From contig CP144785.1 of NCBI GenBank assembly GCA_036689295.1, positions 24,308-88,307 of the forward strand: a stretch of DNA of 64,000 nucleotides, written 5' to 3'. The notes under the pieces are model-generated. The model did not search any database, was not told the origin of the DNA, and was given only the letters and a program-made list of their open reading frames with translations. This stretch comes from Candidatus Stammera capleta (lineage in GTDB: Bacteria; Pseudomonadota; Gammaproteobacteria; Enterobacterales; Enterobacteriaceae). Position 1 is the first letter of the stretch, and the number at the start of each line of letters is the position of its first letter. Below are positions 14,586 through 26,820 of the stretch, one piece after another. The position numbers and the translations under genes are program-made.

Positions 14586-15863
14586 ATGAATAAAATTAAT
14601 AGTAATTTAATTATATATATATATAATAAAAAAAAGAATTTAATAGATAAAAAAGATTTTAAAAAATTAGTTTTATCATCTGGAATAAAATATATTAATA
14701 AATATATAAGTATTCGTATAAGATATCCTAATATAAAATATTTTTTTGGTTTAGGTAAATTATTAGAATTAAAAAGATATATTACTAAATATAATTTTTC
14801 TAATGTATTTTTAAATATTGATTTAAAAGGTTTACAAGAATTTAATTTAAAAAAAAAATTAAATTGTTGTATATTTAATAAAACTACAATTATTTTAAAT
14901 ATATTTAAAAGAAGAGTTAATACTATTTATGGTAAATTACAAGTAAAATTAGCTTATTTAAATTATTTAAGTAATAGGTTAGTTAGAAGATGAACACATT
15001 TAGAAAGACAGAAAGGTGGTATAAGATATATATCAGGTCCAGGAGAAAAACAAATTGAAATAGATAGAAGAATTATTAAAAAAAAAATTAAAAATATTTA
15101 TTTAAATTTAAATAAAAATATTTTACAAAGAAGAAAAAGAGATTTTTTAAGAAATGAAATTAAAATTCCTAGAATATCTTTAGTAGGATATACTAACTCT
15201 GGTAAATCTACTTTATTTAATTTATTAACTAATTCTAATATTTATTGTAAAAATTATTATTTTTCTACATTAGATACTTATATTAAAAAAATAAAAATTT
15301 TTAAATTTTATTGTGATGTTTTGTTATCAGATACTATAGGTTTTATAAAAAAATTACCTAAAAGTATTATTAAAGCTTTTAAAAGTACTTTATATGAAAT
15401 AAACAAATCAAATCTCATATTTCATATAGTTGATGTTTCTAATATATATTTTAATAATTATATTGATATAGTTAATAATATTTTATTAGATATTAATATT
15501 AATAATATTCCTGTTATTTTATTAATGAATAAAATAGATTTATTACCTAATTTTAATAAAAAAATTGAATTTGATATTAATAAAAATCCTTATAGAATTT
15601 GAATATCTGCTAAAAAAAAAATTGGTATTAATTATATTTATAAAATAATTAATTTTTATTTTTTTAATAATTTTAAAAAATATATTATAAAAGTACCTGT
15701 TATTTATTTTGATTTAATTAAAAATTATTTATATAATAATTGTTATATAATTAATAAATGAAGTTATAATAAATATTATTATTTTATTTATATTTTTATT
15801 AATAAAAAAAAATTTTTATATTTAATAAATAAATATTCTTTCATAAAGAAAAATTATGAATAA
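14586..15863 (+). CDS. hflX: GTPase HflX
   Basis: ORFs 14586 and 15321 are co-frame. Motifs include RRWTHLERQKGGI...GPGEKQIE, G1 GYTNSGKSTLFN, DTIGFI and NKID. Length is 425 aa against 426 in E. coli. Confidence 0.88.
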
Positions 15864-16632
15864 CATATTATATGGTATTAACACTATTAAAAATTTAATT
15901 TTGTATAAAAGAAAATATATTAATATTATATTTATTTCTTCTAATATAAAAAATAATAATAGATTAAAAAAAATAAAAGAATTAATTATAAAAAATAAAA
16001 TTAATTTTAATATATTAAATAATAAATTATTTAAAATTAAATTTTATAAATTAAATATTATTCATCAAGGTATTATTGCTTTTGTTAAAGAAAATTTTTT
16101 AAATAATAAAAATACAATTTTAGATTTAATAAATATTAATATTATTAATAATAAAAAAGTTTTTTTTTTAATTTTAGATAATATTAATAGTCCTTATAAT
16201 TTAGGTTCTTGTATAAGAACAGCTGTGGCATCTAAAATAACTGGAATAATAATTAGTAAATATAATTCAGTTTCTATAAAAAATAGTATAGTACATAAAG
16301 TATCTACTGGTTCGATATATAAAATACCTATATTTATAGTTCCTAATTTATCTAAAGTTATTAATTTTTTAAAAAAAAAAAAAATATATATATTAGGTAC
16401 ATGTATTAAAAGTAAAAATTCTATATATAATAATAAATATGATTATATATATAAATCTATAGCTTTATTATTAGGTTCTGAAAATAAGGGTATAAAAAAG
16501 TCATTAAAAAAAAAATGTAATTTATTAATAAATATACCAATATTTAATATTAGTTCTTTAAATGTTTCAGTATCTTATGGAATAATTATGTTTGAAATAT
16601 TAAGAAAAAAAATAAAATTAAATTTAATTTAA
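15856..16632 (+). CDS. rlmB: SpoU/TrmH-family 23S rRNA 2'-O-methyltransferase
   Basis: HQGIIAF, LDNINSPYNLGSCIRTA, LLLGSENKGI and SLNVSVSYGIIMFE are SpoU motifs. The size and position downstream of hflX fit RlmB. Confidence 0.8.
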   Translation: MNNILYGINTIKNLILYKRKYINIIFISSNIKNNNRLKKIKELIIKNKINFNILNNKLFKIKFYKLNIIHQGIIAFVKENFLNNKNTILDLININIINNKKVFFLILDNINSPYNLGSCIRTAVASKITGIIISKYNSVSIKNSIVHKVSTGSIYKIPIFIVPNLSKVINFLKKKKIYILGTCIKSKNSIYNNKYDYIYKSIALLLGSENKGIKKSLKKKCNLLINIPIFNISSLNVSVSYGIIMFEILRKKIKLNLI

Positions 16633-17535
16633 TATATTTCCTTCAGTAAATAATGAAGGTTCATTATAATATATTTCATGTATTTTATTTTTTTTTTTAT
16701 TATTTAATTGTATTTTTTTTATTTTTATTGGTTTATCTTTACAACATATTATTAATTCTTTTTTATTATATTTTAATATTTTTCCTGGAATATTATTGAA
16801 ATTATTTTTTATTTTTTTTATTGATCATAAAAATATTATATTATTTTTATAAAAAAAATATGTTTTAGGTCATATATAAAATGCTTTTATTTTATTTTTT
16901 ATTTCTTTATATGTATTGTTTTTTCATGATATTAATCCGTCTTTTTTAGTTATTTTTTTAGAATATGTTATATATTTTTTATTTTGATTAATATAATTTA
17001 TTTTATTATTTATTATTTTTAATATTATTATTTTAATTATTCTACATCCAATGTTTTTTATTTTATTAAATATAGTTTTATAATTATCATTTTTATTTAT
17101 TTTTATTTTTTTTTGATATATTATTTTTCCATGATCAATTTTATTATTTATTTTTATTATAGTTAACCCGGTTGTTTTATCATTATTTAATAAACTTCAA
17201 TATATAGGAGCACATCCTCTTCATTTAGGTAATAAAGATGCATGTATATTTATAATTCCAAATTTAGGTATTTTGTATATATATTTTGGTATTTTTATTC
17301 CATAAGATATTAATATTCCTATATGAATATTCATATCTATAATTTTTTTTTTAATTTTTATGAATTTTTCTTGTTTGTCTATTTTAAAATATATTATTTT
17401 ATTATTTATATATATATTATTATTTTTATAAATAATACATTTTATATTGAATTTATTTTCTTTTTTAATTTTTTTAATAAAAGGAATACTAAAGTTGTTT
17501 ATTCCTATAAATAATATATTTATTTTTTTTTTCAT
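16624..17535 (-). CDS. fmt: methionyl-tRNA formyltransferase
   Basis: N-terminal ORF 17221-17535 ends INIHASLLPK, then TGA (W), then RGCAPI. I scanned the frame by hand to TAA at 16624 and found only TGA interruptions. It is part of a def-fmt operon. Confidence 0.88.
16640..16659. terminator. short GC-containing hairpin between rlmB stop and fmt 3' end
   Basis: ccttca-N8-tgaagg, a 6-bp stem that stands out in AT-rich surroundings. There is no T-run and it lies inside the fmt coding end. Confidence 0.2.
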
Positions 17536-17538
17536 TTT

Positions 17539-17985
17539 TTATAAATAGTCTATAATTAATTTACCTTTTGTATGATCTATTTCATGTTGTATACAAATTG
17601 ATAATAAATTTTTTAAAAAAATAGTTATTTTTTTTCCTTTAATATTATAAAATTCAATATATATATATTTATATCTTTTAGTATATATATATTTATTAGG
17701 TATAGATAAACATCCTTCTTGTATTTTTATTATTTTTTTTTTTTTTATAATTTTTGGATTTATAAATATTAATTTACTATTTTTTTTCTTAAGTATATCT
17801 ATTACTATTATTTTTTTTTTAATATTTACTTGAATTCCAGATAATCCTATTCCATTATTATGATACATTGTATCAAACATGTTTTTTATATTTTTTTTTA
17901 ATTCTGAATTGTTATATATTTTAATAGATTTACTTTTTTTTCTTAATATTTCATTTGGATATTTTAATATTTTTAATATTGACAT
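17539..17985 (-). CDS. def: peptide deformylase
   Basis: GIGLSGIQV, EGCLSIP and HEIDH are the three PDF motifs. Confidence 0.93.
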   Translation of the reverse strand: MSILKILKYPNEILRKKSKSIKIYNNSELKKNIKNMFDTMYHNNGIGLSGIQVNIKKKIIVIDILKKKNSKLIFINPKIIKKKKIIKIQEGCLSIPNKYIYTKRYKYIYIEFYNIKGKKITIFLKNLLSICIQHEIDHTKGKLIIDYL

Positions 17986-18008
17986 ATATTTTTTTTAAAT
18001 ATTGTATA

Positions 18009-18095
18009 TACCCAAGGCGGGATTCGAACCCGCATGATTTTATTAAAATCGAGGGATTTTAAGTCCCTTGTGTCTACCTGTTCCACCACTAGGGC
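18009..18095 (-). tRNA. tRNA-Leu (UAA), long variable arm
   Basis: The reverse complement gccctagtggtggaa.aggtagacacaagggacttaaaatccc...gcgggttcgaatcccgccttgggta has anticodon loop CTTAAAA. It resembles E. coli leuZ. Confidence 0.9.
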
Positions 18096-18118
18096 TAATA
18101 AGTTATTTAAATATTTAT

Positions 18119-18189
18119 AAGTGTGTCCCGGAATTGAACCGGGATATATGGATTTGCAATCCACTGCATTACCAGTCTGCCAACACACT
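18119..18189 (-). tRNA. tRNA-Cys (GCA)
   Basis: The reverse complement agtgtgttggcagactggtaatgcagtggattgcaaatccatatatcccggttcaattccgggacacact-t has anticodon loop TTGCAAA. The cysT-leuZ adjacency matches E. coli. Confidence 0.9.
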
Positions 18190-18380
18190 ATTAATAATAA
18201 TATATTATATAATAAATATAATATTAATTTTAATAAATATTTATTTTTTTTGAAAAATAATTTAATTTTTTTTTATTGATATAAATATATAATATATAGT
18301 AATATATATATAATTTATTATATAAATTTTATTTTATTAATTTGATTTTTTATTTTTATTTAATTTTTTTAGGTATATTT

Positions 18381-18749
18381 ATGTCTACTATTAATCAATT
18401 GGTTCGTAAATCTCGTAATCGTAAAATATTTAAAAATAATGTCCCTGCTTTAAATGGTTGTCCTCAAAAAAGAGGTGTATGTTTAAAAGTTTATACTACT
18501 ACACCTAAAAAACCAAATTCAGCTTTAAGAAAAGTTTGTAGAGTTCGTTTAACAAATGGTTTTGAAGTAACAGCTTATATTCCTGGAGAGGGTCATAGTT
18601 TACAAGAACATTCAGTTGTATTAATAAGAGGTGGAAGAGTAAAAGATTTACCAGGTGTTCGTTATCATGTTATACGTGGATCTTTAGATTGTGAAGGTGT
18701 TAAAAATAGAAAAAGATCACGTTCTAAATATGGTGTGAAAAAGAAATAA
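18381..18749 (+). CDS. rpsL: 30S ribosomal protein S12
   Basis: [12 protein letters not shown]...[24 protein letters not shown] use ATG at 18381 rather than the upstream track start at 18342. Confidence 0.96.
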   Translation: MSTINQLVRKSRNRKIFKNNVPALNGCPQKRGVCLKVYTTTPKKPNSALRKVCRVRLTNGFEVTAYIPGEGHSLQEHSVVLIRGGRVKDLPGVRYHVIRGSLDCEGVKNRKRSRSKYGVKKK

Positions 18750-18783
18750 TATTTTTAAAAAATAAAATTAGGATTGATTTTAT

Positions 18784-19260
18784 ATGTCACGTCGTCGTGT
18801 TTTTAGTGTTCGTAATATAGTTCCAGATTATTTATATAATTCTAAATTAGTATCTAAATTTATTAATATATTAATGGTTAATGGAAAAAAATCTATTGCT
18901 GAAAATATTTTATATATTTCTTTAAATATATTGTCTAAAAGAAAAAAAAATAATGATAAATTATTTTTGTTAGAAAATGCTATAAATAATGTTAAACCTA
19001 TTGTAGAAGTTAAATCTCGTAGGGTAGGTGGTACAACTTATCAGATTCCTATAGAAGTTAGACCTTCAAGAGGTTATACTTTAGCAATACGTTGAATAAT
19101 TATTTCAGCTAAAAAAAGATCTAAAAATAAAAGTATGTTTTTAAAATTATCTGATGAATTATTAGATGCAATAGATAAAAAAGGTTTTGCTATTAAAAAA
19201 CGTGATGAAGTACATAGAATAGCTGAATCTAATAAAGCTTTTGCTCATTATAGATGATAA
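18784..19260 (+). CDS. rpsG: 30S ribosomal protein S7
   Basis: ORF 18784-19095 continues through TGA codons to ...NKAFAHYRW. The terminal W is TGA at 19255-19257, followed by TAA. Confidence 0.95.
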
Positions 19261-19303
19261 TATTAATTTTTTTAAAAAAAAGAGTTTTGAGGAATTTATA
19301 TAA

Positions 19304-21427
19304 ATGTATCGTTCGACTTCTATATTAAAATATAGGAATATTGGTATTAGTGCTCATATTGATGCTGGAAAAACTACTTTAACTGAACGTATTTTATTTT
19401 ATACAGGAGTTAATTATAAGTTAGGTGAAGTTCATTATGGTACCGCTACCATGGATTGAATGGAACAAGAACAGGAAAGAGGTATTACTATAACTTCTGC
19501 TTCTACTACTACTTTTTGAAGTGGTATGTATAAACAATTTAGTACCCCTTATAGGGTAAATATTATAGATACTCCAGGTCATGTAGATTTTACTGTTGAA
19601 GTAGAGAGATCTATGAGAATTTTAGATGGAGCAATAATGGTTTATTGTTCAGTTGGTGGTGTTCAACCTCAATCTGAAACTGTTTGGAAGCAAGTTAATA
19701 AATATAATGTACCAAGAATAGCATTTATTAATAAAATGGATCGTGTTGGTGCAAATTTTTTTAATGTTTTAGATCAGTTAAAAACTAAGTTTAGTATTAA
19801 TGTTTTACCAATACAAATTCCTATTGGTTGTGAAGAAAAATTTTTAGGAGTTGTTGATTTATTAACTTTTAAATGTATAATTTGAAAAAATAATGATTTG
19901 GGTATAAGTTTTAATATAGAAGAAGTATCTAATTATAAGGATATATATGATATATCTATTTATTGACGTAATAAAATAATAGAATTTGTTGCTGATAAGT
20001 CTGAAGAATTAATGGATAAATATTTTAATGATATTAATTTTAAAATTTGTGAAATTAAATCTATTTTAAGAAATGAGGTGTTGAATAATAATGTTTTATT
20101 AGTTACTTGTGGGTCTGCTTTTAAAAATAAAGGAATTCAGTGTTTGTTAGATAGTATTATTGATTATTTACCTTCTCCTAAAGATTTAGTTAAAGTAAAA
20201 GGTATTTATAAAAATAATAATATTATTAGAAAAATTAGTGATAAAGAATATTTTTCTGCTTTGGCTTTTAAAGTAGTTAACGATCCTTTTGTTGGTAATT
20301 TAACTTTTTTAAGAATTTATTCTGGTTGTATTAAAACAGGAGATGTTGTATTAAATTCTAATAAAAATAAAAAGGAACGTATTGGTCGTATAGTTCAAAT
20401 GCATGCTAATAAAAAAGATGAAATTAAAGAAATTTTTGCTGGTGATATTGCTGCAGCTATAGGATTAAAGGATGTTAATACTGGTGATACATTATGTGAT
20501 ATTAATAATCCTATTATATTAGAAAAAATTGAGTTTCCTAATCCTGTAATTTCTATATCTTTAGAACCTAAAACTAAATATGATCAAGAAAAAATGGGTA
20601 TTGCTTTATCTAAATTATCTAAAGAAGATCCATCTTTTAAAAATTATTTTAATAATGAATCTAATCAAACTATAATATCTGGTATGGGAGAATTACACTT
20701 AGATATTATTGTTGATAGAATGAAAAGAGAATTTAATGTTGATTGTAATATTGGTAAACCTGAAGTTGCTTATAGAGAAACTATTTTAAATAGTATTAAA
20801 AATATTGAAGGAAAATATATAAAGCAAACTGGTGGTAGAGGACAGTATGGTCATGTTATTATAGATTTATATCCTTTATCTAAAGATGAAATTAGTTTAT
20901 CTAAAGATGGTTATTTATTTATTAATGATATTAAAGGTGGTGTTATACCTAATGAATATATACCTTCTGTAAATAAAGGAATATGTGAACAATTAAAATC
21001 TGGTCCTTTATGTAGTTATCCTGTTACAAATGTTAAAGTTAGATTGTTTTTTGGATCTTATCACGATGTAGATTCATCTGAAATAGCTTTTAAAATGGCT
21101 GCTTCTATAGCTTTTAAAAAAGCTTTTATGAATGCTAATCCTGTTTTGTTAGAACCTATAATGAAGGTTGAAATAGAAACTCCAGAAGAGTATATGGGTG
21201 ATATAATAGGAGATTTAAATCGTCGTAGAGGTATTATAGAAGAAATTAATGATATTCATTTAGGTAAATTATTAAAATCTTATGTTCCTTTATCTGAAAT
21301 GTTTGGTTATGCTACAGATTTAAGATCATATACTCAAGGAAGAGCTTTATATTCTATGCATTTTAATAAATATTCTGTATGTCCTAATCATATATGTAAA
21401 AAAATAGTAGAATTTCGTAATAAATAA
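19304..21427 (+). CDS. fusA: elongation factor G
   Basis: [14 protein letters not shown] and [16 protein letters not shown] (W is TGA at 19457-19459). ORFs 19526 and 20012 are co-frame. Length is 707 aa. Confidence 0.96.
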
Positions 21428-21465
21428 ATATTAATTATAATTTTATAATTTGTGGAATATATTTT

Positions 21466-22650
21466 ATGGTAAAAGAAAAATTTAATCGTTCTAAAATACA
21501 TATAAATGTAGGTACAATTGGTCATGTTGATCATGGTAAAACTACATTAACTTCTGCTATAACTACAGTTTTAGCTAAAAAATATGGTGGTAAACCATGT
21601 GCTTTTGATCAGATAGATAATGCTCCTGAAGAAAAAGCTCGTGGTATAACAATTAATACTTCTCATGTTGAATATGATACTTTATTGAGACATTATGCTC
21701 ATGTTGATTGCCCTGGTCATGCTGATTATATTAAGAATATGATTACAGGGGCTGCTCAAATGGATGGTGCTATTTTAGTTGTAGCAGCTACTGATGGTCC
21801 TATGCCTCAAACTAGAGAACATATTTTACTTGCTCGTCAAGTTGGTGTTCCTTATATTGTTGTTTTTTTAAATAAATGTGATATGGTTAATGATGAAGAA
21901 TTACTTGAATTAGTAGAAATGGAAGTTAGAGATATATTAAATCAATATGATTTTCCTGGTAATAAAACTCCTATAATTAGAGGATCTGCTTTAAAAGCTT
22001 TAGATGGTATAAAAGAATGAGAAGATAAAATTTTATTATTATCTGATACATTAGATAGTTATATTCCTAATCCTGTAAGAAATATAGATCAGTCTTTTAT
22101 AATGCCTATTGAGGATATTTTTTCTATATCTGGTAGAGGTACTGTTGTAACTGGTAGAATAGAAAAAGGAATTATTAAAGTTGGAGAAGAAGTAGAAATT
22201 GTAGGTATACGTAATACTAAAAAATCTATATGTACTGGTATAGAAATGTTTCGTAAATTATTAGATGAAGGTAGAGCTGGAGAAAATGTAGGTATTTTAT
22301 TAAGAGGTATTAAAAGAGAAGAAATTGAAAGAGGTCAGGTTTTATCAAAACCAGGAACTATTAATCCTCATACTTCTTTTGAAGCAGAAGTTTATGTTTT
22401 ATCTAAAGAAGAAGGTGGTAGACATACTCCTTTTTTAAATGGTTATCGTCCTCAATTTTATTTTCGTACTACAGATGTTACTGGTACAATAGATTTACCT
22501 AAAGGAGTAGAAATGGTTATGCCTGGAGATAATGTAAAGATTTTAGTTAAATTATTTAATCCTATAGCTATGGATGAAGGATTAAGATTTGCTATAAGAG
22601 AAGGTGGTCGTACAGTTGGAGCTGGTATAGTTAGTAAAATTATTTTATAA
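21466..22650 (+). CDS. tuf: elongation factor Tu
   Basis: [18 protein letters not shown] and NKCD. The two ORFs are joined by TGA 22018-22020 at the conserved EF-Tu Trp. Length is 394 aa. Confidence 0.97.
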
Positions 22651-22666
22651 ATAAATAATATATATT

Positions 22667-22978
22667 ATGATAAATCAGAGAATACGTATAAAATTAAAAT
22701 CTTTTGATCATCGTTTAGTAGATATTTCTACAGTAGAGATAATAGATACAGCTAAAAAAACTGGTGCTAGAGTTATAGGACCTGTTCCTTTACCTACATC
22801 TATAGAAAAATATACAGTTTTAGTTTCACCTCATGTTGATAAAGATGCTAGAGATCAATATGAAATTAGAATACATAAGCGTTTGATTGATATAATTGAA
22901 TCTACTGATAGAACTGTAGATGCATTAATGAAGTTAAATTTAGCTTCAGGAGTAGATATTCAAATTAGTTTAAGTTAA
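22667..22978 (+). CDS. rpsJ: 30S ribosomal protein S10
   Basis: [16 protein letters not shown]...GPVPLPT pattern, and it heads the S10 cluster. Confidence 0.96.
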   Translation: MINQRIRIKLKSFDHRLVDISTVEIIDTAKKTGARVIGPVPLPTSIEKYTVLVSPHVDKDARDQYEIRIHKRLIDIIESTDRTVDALMKLNLASGVDIQISLS

Positions 22979-22991
22979 TTATATATTTTAT

Positions 22992-23609
22992 ATGAATATG
23001 ATTATATTGATAGGAAAAAAAATAGGTATGACAAGATTATTTTTGGATAATTTTTTGTCTATACCTATAACTGTTATTAAAATAGAAGATAATATTATTA
23101 CTAATATAAATAAAAATAAATTAAATATTCAGTTGACTACTGGAAGTAAAAATATTAAAAAATTAAATAAATGCCAATTAGGTTATTATAAAAAAATTGG
23201 TATTAAACCAGGTATAGGTTTATGAGAGGTTCCTTATATTAAAAAACTACATAAACATGTAGGTCAAGTTATTGGTATAGATTTATTTATTAATATTAAA
23301 AAAGTAGATATAATAGGATTTTCTAAAGGTAAAGGATTTTCTGGAACTATAAAGAGATGAAATTTTAAATCTCAAGATAAAACTCATGGTAATTCTTTAT
23401 CTCATAGAGCTCCAGGATCTATAGGTCAAAACCAAAGTCCTGGTAGAGTATTTAAAGGTAAAAAAATGGCAGGTCGTTTAGGTAATAGTAGAGTTACAAT
23501 TAAAAGATTAAGTATTGTTAAAATTTATTTAGATAAAAAGATTTTATTAGTTAAAGGATGTATTCCTGGTTATAATAATAATAATATTTTTATTAGATGT
23601 TCAAAATAA
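22992..23609 (+). CDS. rplC: 50S ribosomal protein L3
   Basis: [10 protein letters not shown], then GLWEV (TGA), [13 protein letters not shown] and [30 protein letters not shown]. Confidence 0.94.
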
Positions 23610-23629
23610 TAATTTAATATTTAAATTTT

Positions 23630-24241
23630 ATGAAAATTTCTTTAATAGATACTAATGAAAATATAAATATATCAGATAAAATTTTTAATTATCCTTTAAA
23701 TATGTCTTTAATACATCAAGTTGTTAGATCTTATAGAATAAATTCTCGTAAAGGTAATGTTTCTCAAAAATCTAGATCTGATGTTAAAGGTTCTAACAAA
23801 AAACCTTGAAGACAAAAAGGAACTGGTAGATCAAGAGCTGGATCTTTAAAAAGTCCTTTATGGCGTTCTGGTGGAGTTACTTTTGCTTCTAAGCCTAAAG
23901 AATATTGTTTAAAAATTAATAAAAAAATGTATTTTAATGCTTTTAAGAGTGTTTTTTCTCAGTTATTTAGAGAAAACAGAATTTATGTTATTAGTGATAT
24001 TAATTTAAATTCTTATAAAACTAAATTATTTATAAATAAATTTAGTTTTGTAAAATTATATAAATTATTAATTGTAATTAAAGAATATAATAATTTTTTA
24101 TATTTATCTTCTCGTAATATATATAATGTTAATATATTTACTGTTAATAATATTAATATTATTGATTTAATAAATTCTAAAAATGTAATATTTACTTTAA
24201 ATTCTATAATGTTTTTTGAGGATAAATTTATAAATGGATAA
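23630..24241 (+). CDS. rplD: 50S ribosomal protein L4
   Basis: ATG at 23630 is co-frame with ORF 23927. The segment [28 protein letters not shown] is an L4 hallmark. Confidence 0.93.
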
Positions 24242-24545
24242 TATTTTAAATAATTTAAATTTTATTAAAAAACCTTTTTTTTCTAAAAAATCTTCTTTTT
24301 TATTAAAAAAATTTAATACTTTAGTTTTTAAAGTAAAAGTTGATATTAATAAAATATTATTGTTTGATATTATTAAAAAAATTTTTGGAGTTAAAATTAA
24401 AAAAATTAGAACTTTAATAATTAAAGGAAAAAAAAAAAATAAAAATAATATTATTGGTTATACAAAAAAATGAAAAAAAGTTTATGTTATATTAAAAAAA
24501 GGACAAAATTTAAAATTTAATAATATTGATGATGTTAAAATTTAA
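24234..24545 (+). CDS. rplW: 50S ribosomal protein L23
   Basis: Position between rplD and rplB, 8-nt overlap with rplD, and a ...[16 protein letters not shown] tail through TGA. Confidence 0.88.
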
Positions 24546-24565
24546 TATTTAATTATAGGTATTTT

Positions 24566-25390
24566 ATGGTATTAAAAAGATGTAAACCTATTTCTCCGGG
24601 TTGTAGACATAAAGTAAAATTAATAAATAAAAATATTTATAAAGGAAAACCTTATTCTAAATTATTATTAAAATTTAGTAAAAGTGGTGGTAGAAATAAT
24701 TTAGGACGAATAACTGTAAGACATATTGGAGGAGGTCATAAAAAAAAATATCGTATTATAGATTTTAAAAGAAATAAAGATAATATTTTAGCAAAAGTTG
24801 AAAGAATTGAATATGATCCTAATAGATCTTCTTTAATATCTTTATTATTATATAAAGATGGTGAGAGAAGATATATTATTCATCCAAAAAATTTAAAAGT
24901 TGGTGATTATGTTGAATCTGGAGATAATGTTTCAATTAAATTAGGTAATTGTTTATTATTAAAAAATATACCTATAGGTTCTTTTGTTCATAATGTAGAA
25001 TTAATACCAGGAAAAGGAGGACAAATATCTAGATCTGCTGGTTCTTATTGTCAATTATTAGTTTTTGAAGATAATTATGCAATTTTAAGATTACGTTCTG
25101 GAGAAATTAGAAAAATTAATATTTTATGTAGAGCTACATTAGGTGAAGTAAGTAATTCTGAGCATATGTTAAAATTGTTTGGTAAAGCAGGATATTCTAG
25201 ATGGTTAGGTATTAGACCTACTGTTAGAGGAACTGCTATGAACCCTGTAGATCATCCTCATGGAGGTGGTGAAGGTAGAAATTTTGGTAAGCATCCTGTT
25301 ACCCCGTGAGGTTTAAAAACTAAAGGAAAAAAGACTCGTAATAATAAGCGTACAAATAAATTTATTGTAAAATTTCGTAATAAAAAATAA
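24566..25390 (+). CDS. rplB: 50S ribosomal protein L2
   Basis: [31 protein letters not shown] and HPVTPWG (W is TGA at 25307-25309), then KTKGKKTR. Confidence 0.96.
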
Positions 25391-25407
25391 ATAGGAATTA
25401 TAATAAT

Positions 25408-25710
25408 ATGTCTCGTTCTTTTAAAAAAGGTCCTTTTATAGATTTTCATTTGTTAAAAAAAATAGAAAAATCTATTAAGGAAAATAATAAAAATATAATA
25501 AAAACTTGATCTCGTCGTTCTACTATTTTACCTAATATGGTTGGTTTAACTATTGGAGTACATAATGGAAGACATCATATTCCTGTTTATATAACAGAAA
25601 GTATGATAGGTCATAAATTAGGAGAATTTTCTCCTACAAGAACTTATAGAGGTCATTTAAATAGTAATAAAAAAAATAAAGATGTTGTTAATGATAATAA
25701 AAAAGATTAA
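25408..25710 (+). CDS. rpsS: 30S ribosomal protein S19
   Basis: [29 protein letters not shown] (TGA), [28 protein letters not shown]. Confidence 0.95.
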
Positions 25711-25737
25711 TGTTTATATATATGGTTAAAATTTATT

Positions 25738-26076
25738 ATGAATATTATTGCTAAATATAATTATGTTAAGTTATCTCCTCAAAAACTAAGATTAGTTGCT
25801 AATTTGATAAGAAATAAAAATGTAAATTTAGCTTTAAATATTTTAACTTTTACTAATAAAAAAGCTTCTTTATTAATTAAAAAGGTTTTATTATCTGCTA
25901 TAGCTAATGCATTTAATAATTATGGTATTAATAAAGATTTTTTAATAATTTCTAAAATTTATGTAGATGGTGCTTGTTGTGTTAAAAGAATTTTACCTAG
26001 AGCTAAAGGTAGGATTAATTATATTTTAAGAAGATTTAGTCATATTACAATATTTTTATCTAATATTAATAAGTAA
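25738..26076 (+). CDS. rplV: 50S ribosomal protein L22
   Basis: SPQKLRLVANLIR...ALNIL.F..KKAS...KVL.SAIANA and RILPRAKGR. Confidence 0.94.
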   Translation: MNIIAKYNYVKLSPQKLRLVANLIRNKNVNLALNILTFTNKKASLLIKKVLLSAIANAFNNYGINKDFLIISKIYVDGACCVKRILPRAKGRINYILRRFSHITIFLSNINK

Positions 26077-26093
26077 TTATTTTGGTAATTATT

Positions 26094-26801
26094 ATGGGAC
26101 AAAAAGTAAATCCTAATGTTATACGTTTAGGTATAACTAAAATGTGAAATTCTGTATGATTTGTAGATAAAAAAAATTTTAGTAGTTATTTATATGCAGA
26201 TTATATTATTCGTAATTATTTAAAAAAAAAATTATATAAAGCTTTAATTTCTAAAATATTAATTGAAAGACCTGCTAAAAAAAGTATTAGAATTACTATA
26301 TATACAGCTAGACCTGGAATAGTTATAGGTAAAAAAGGAGAAGATATAGAAAAATTAAGAAAAGAAATAAATAATATAACTGGTGTTATTTCTCAAATTA
26401 ATATATCTGAGGTTCGTAGACCAGAACTTGATTCTAAGTTAATTGCTGATAATATAGCTTTTCAATTACAAAAACGTATGATGTTTAGAAGAGTTATGAA
26501 AAGAGTTATAAATAATGCATTAAGGTTAGGTGTTAAAGGAATTAAAGTTAAAATAAGTGGAAGATTAGGAGGTAGTGAAATTGCTAGAAAAGAATGATAT
26601 AAAGAAGGATGTATACCTTTACATACTTTAAGAGCTGATATTGATTATAGTTTTAAAAGAGCATTAACTAATTATGGTGTTATAGGAATTAAAGTATGAA
26701 TATTTAAAGGTGAAATTTTAGATAAATTTTATCCTATAAAATTATATAATAGTAATTTACTTAGTATTAAAAGATATTTTAAGATAATAAGTAGAAAATA
26801 A
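26094..26801 (+). CDS. rpsC: 30S ribosomal protein S3
   Basis: [23 protein letters not shown] (two TGA at conserved Trp positions), plus the KH domain [14 protein letters not shown]. Confidence 0.95.
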
Positions 26802-26820
26802 TAATATTTGAGGTTTATAT

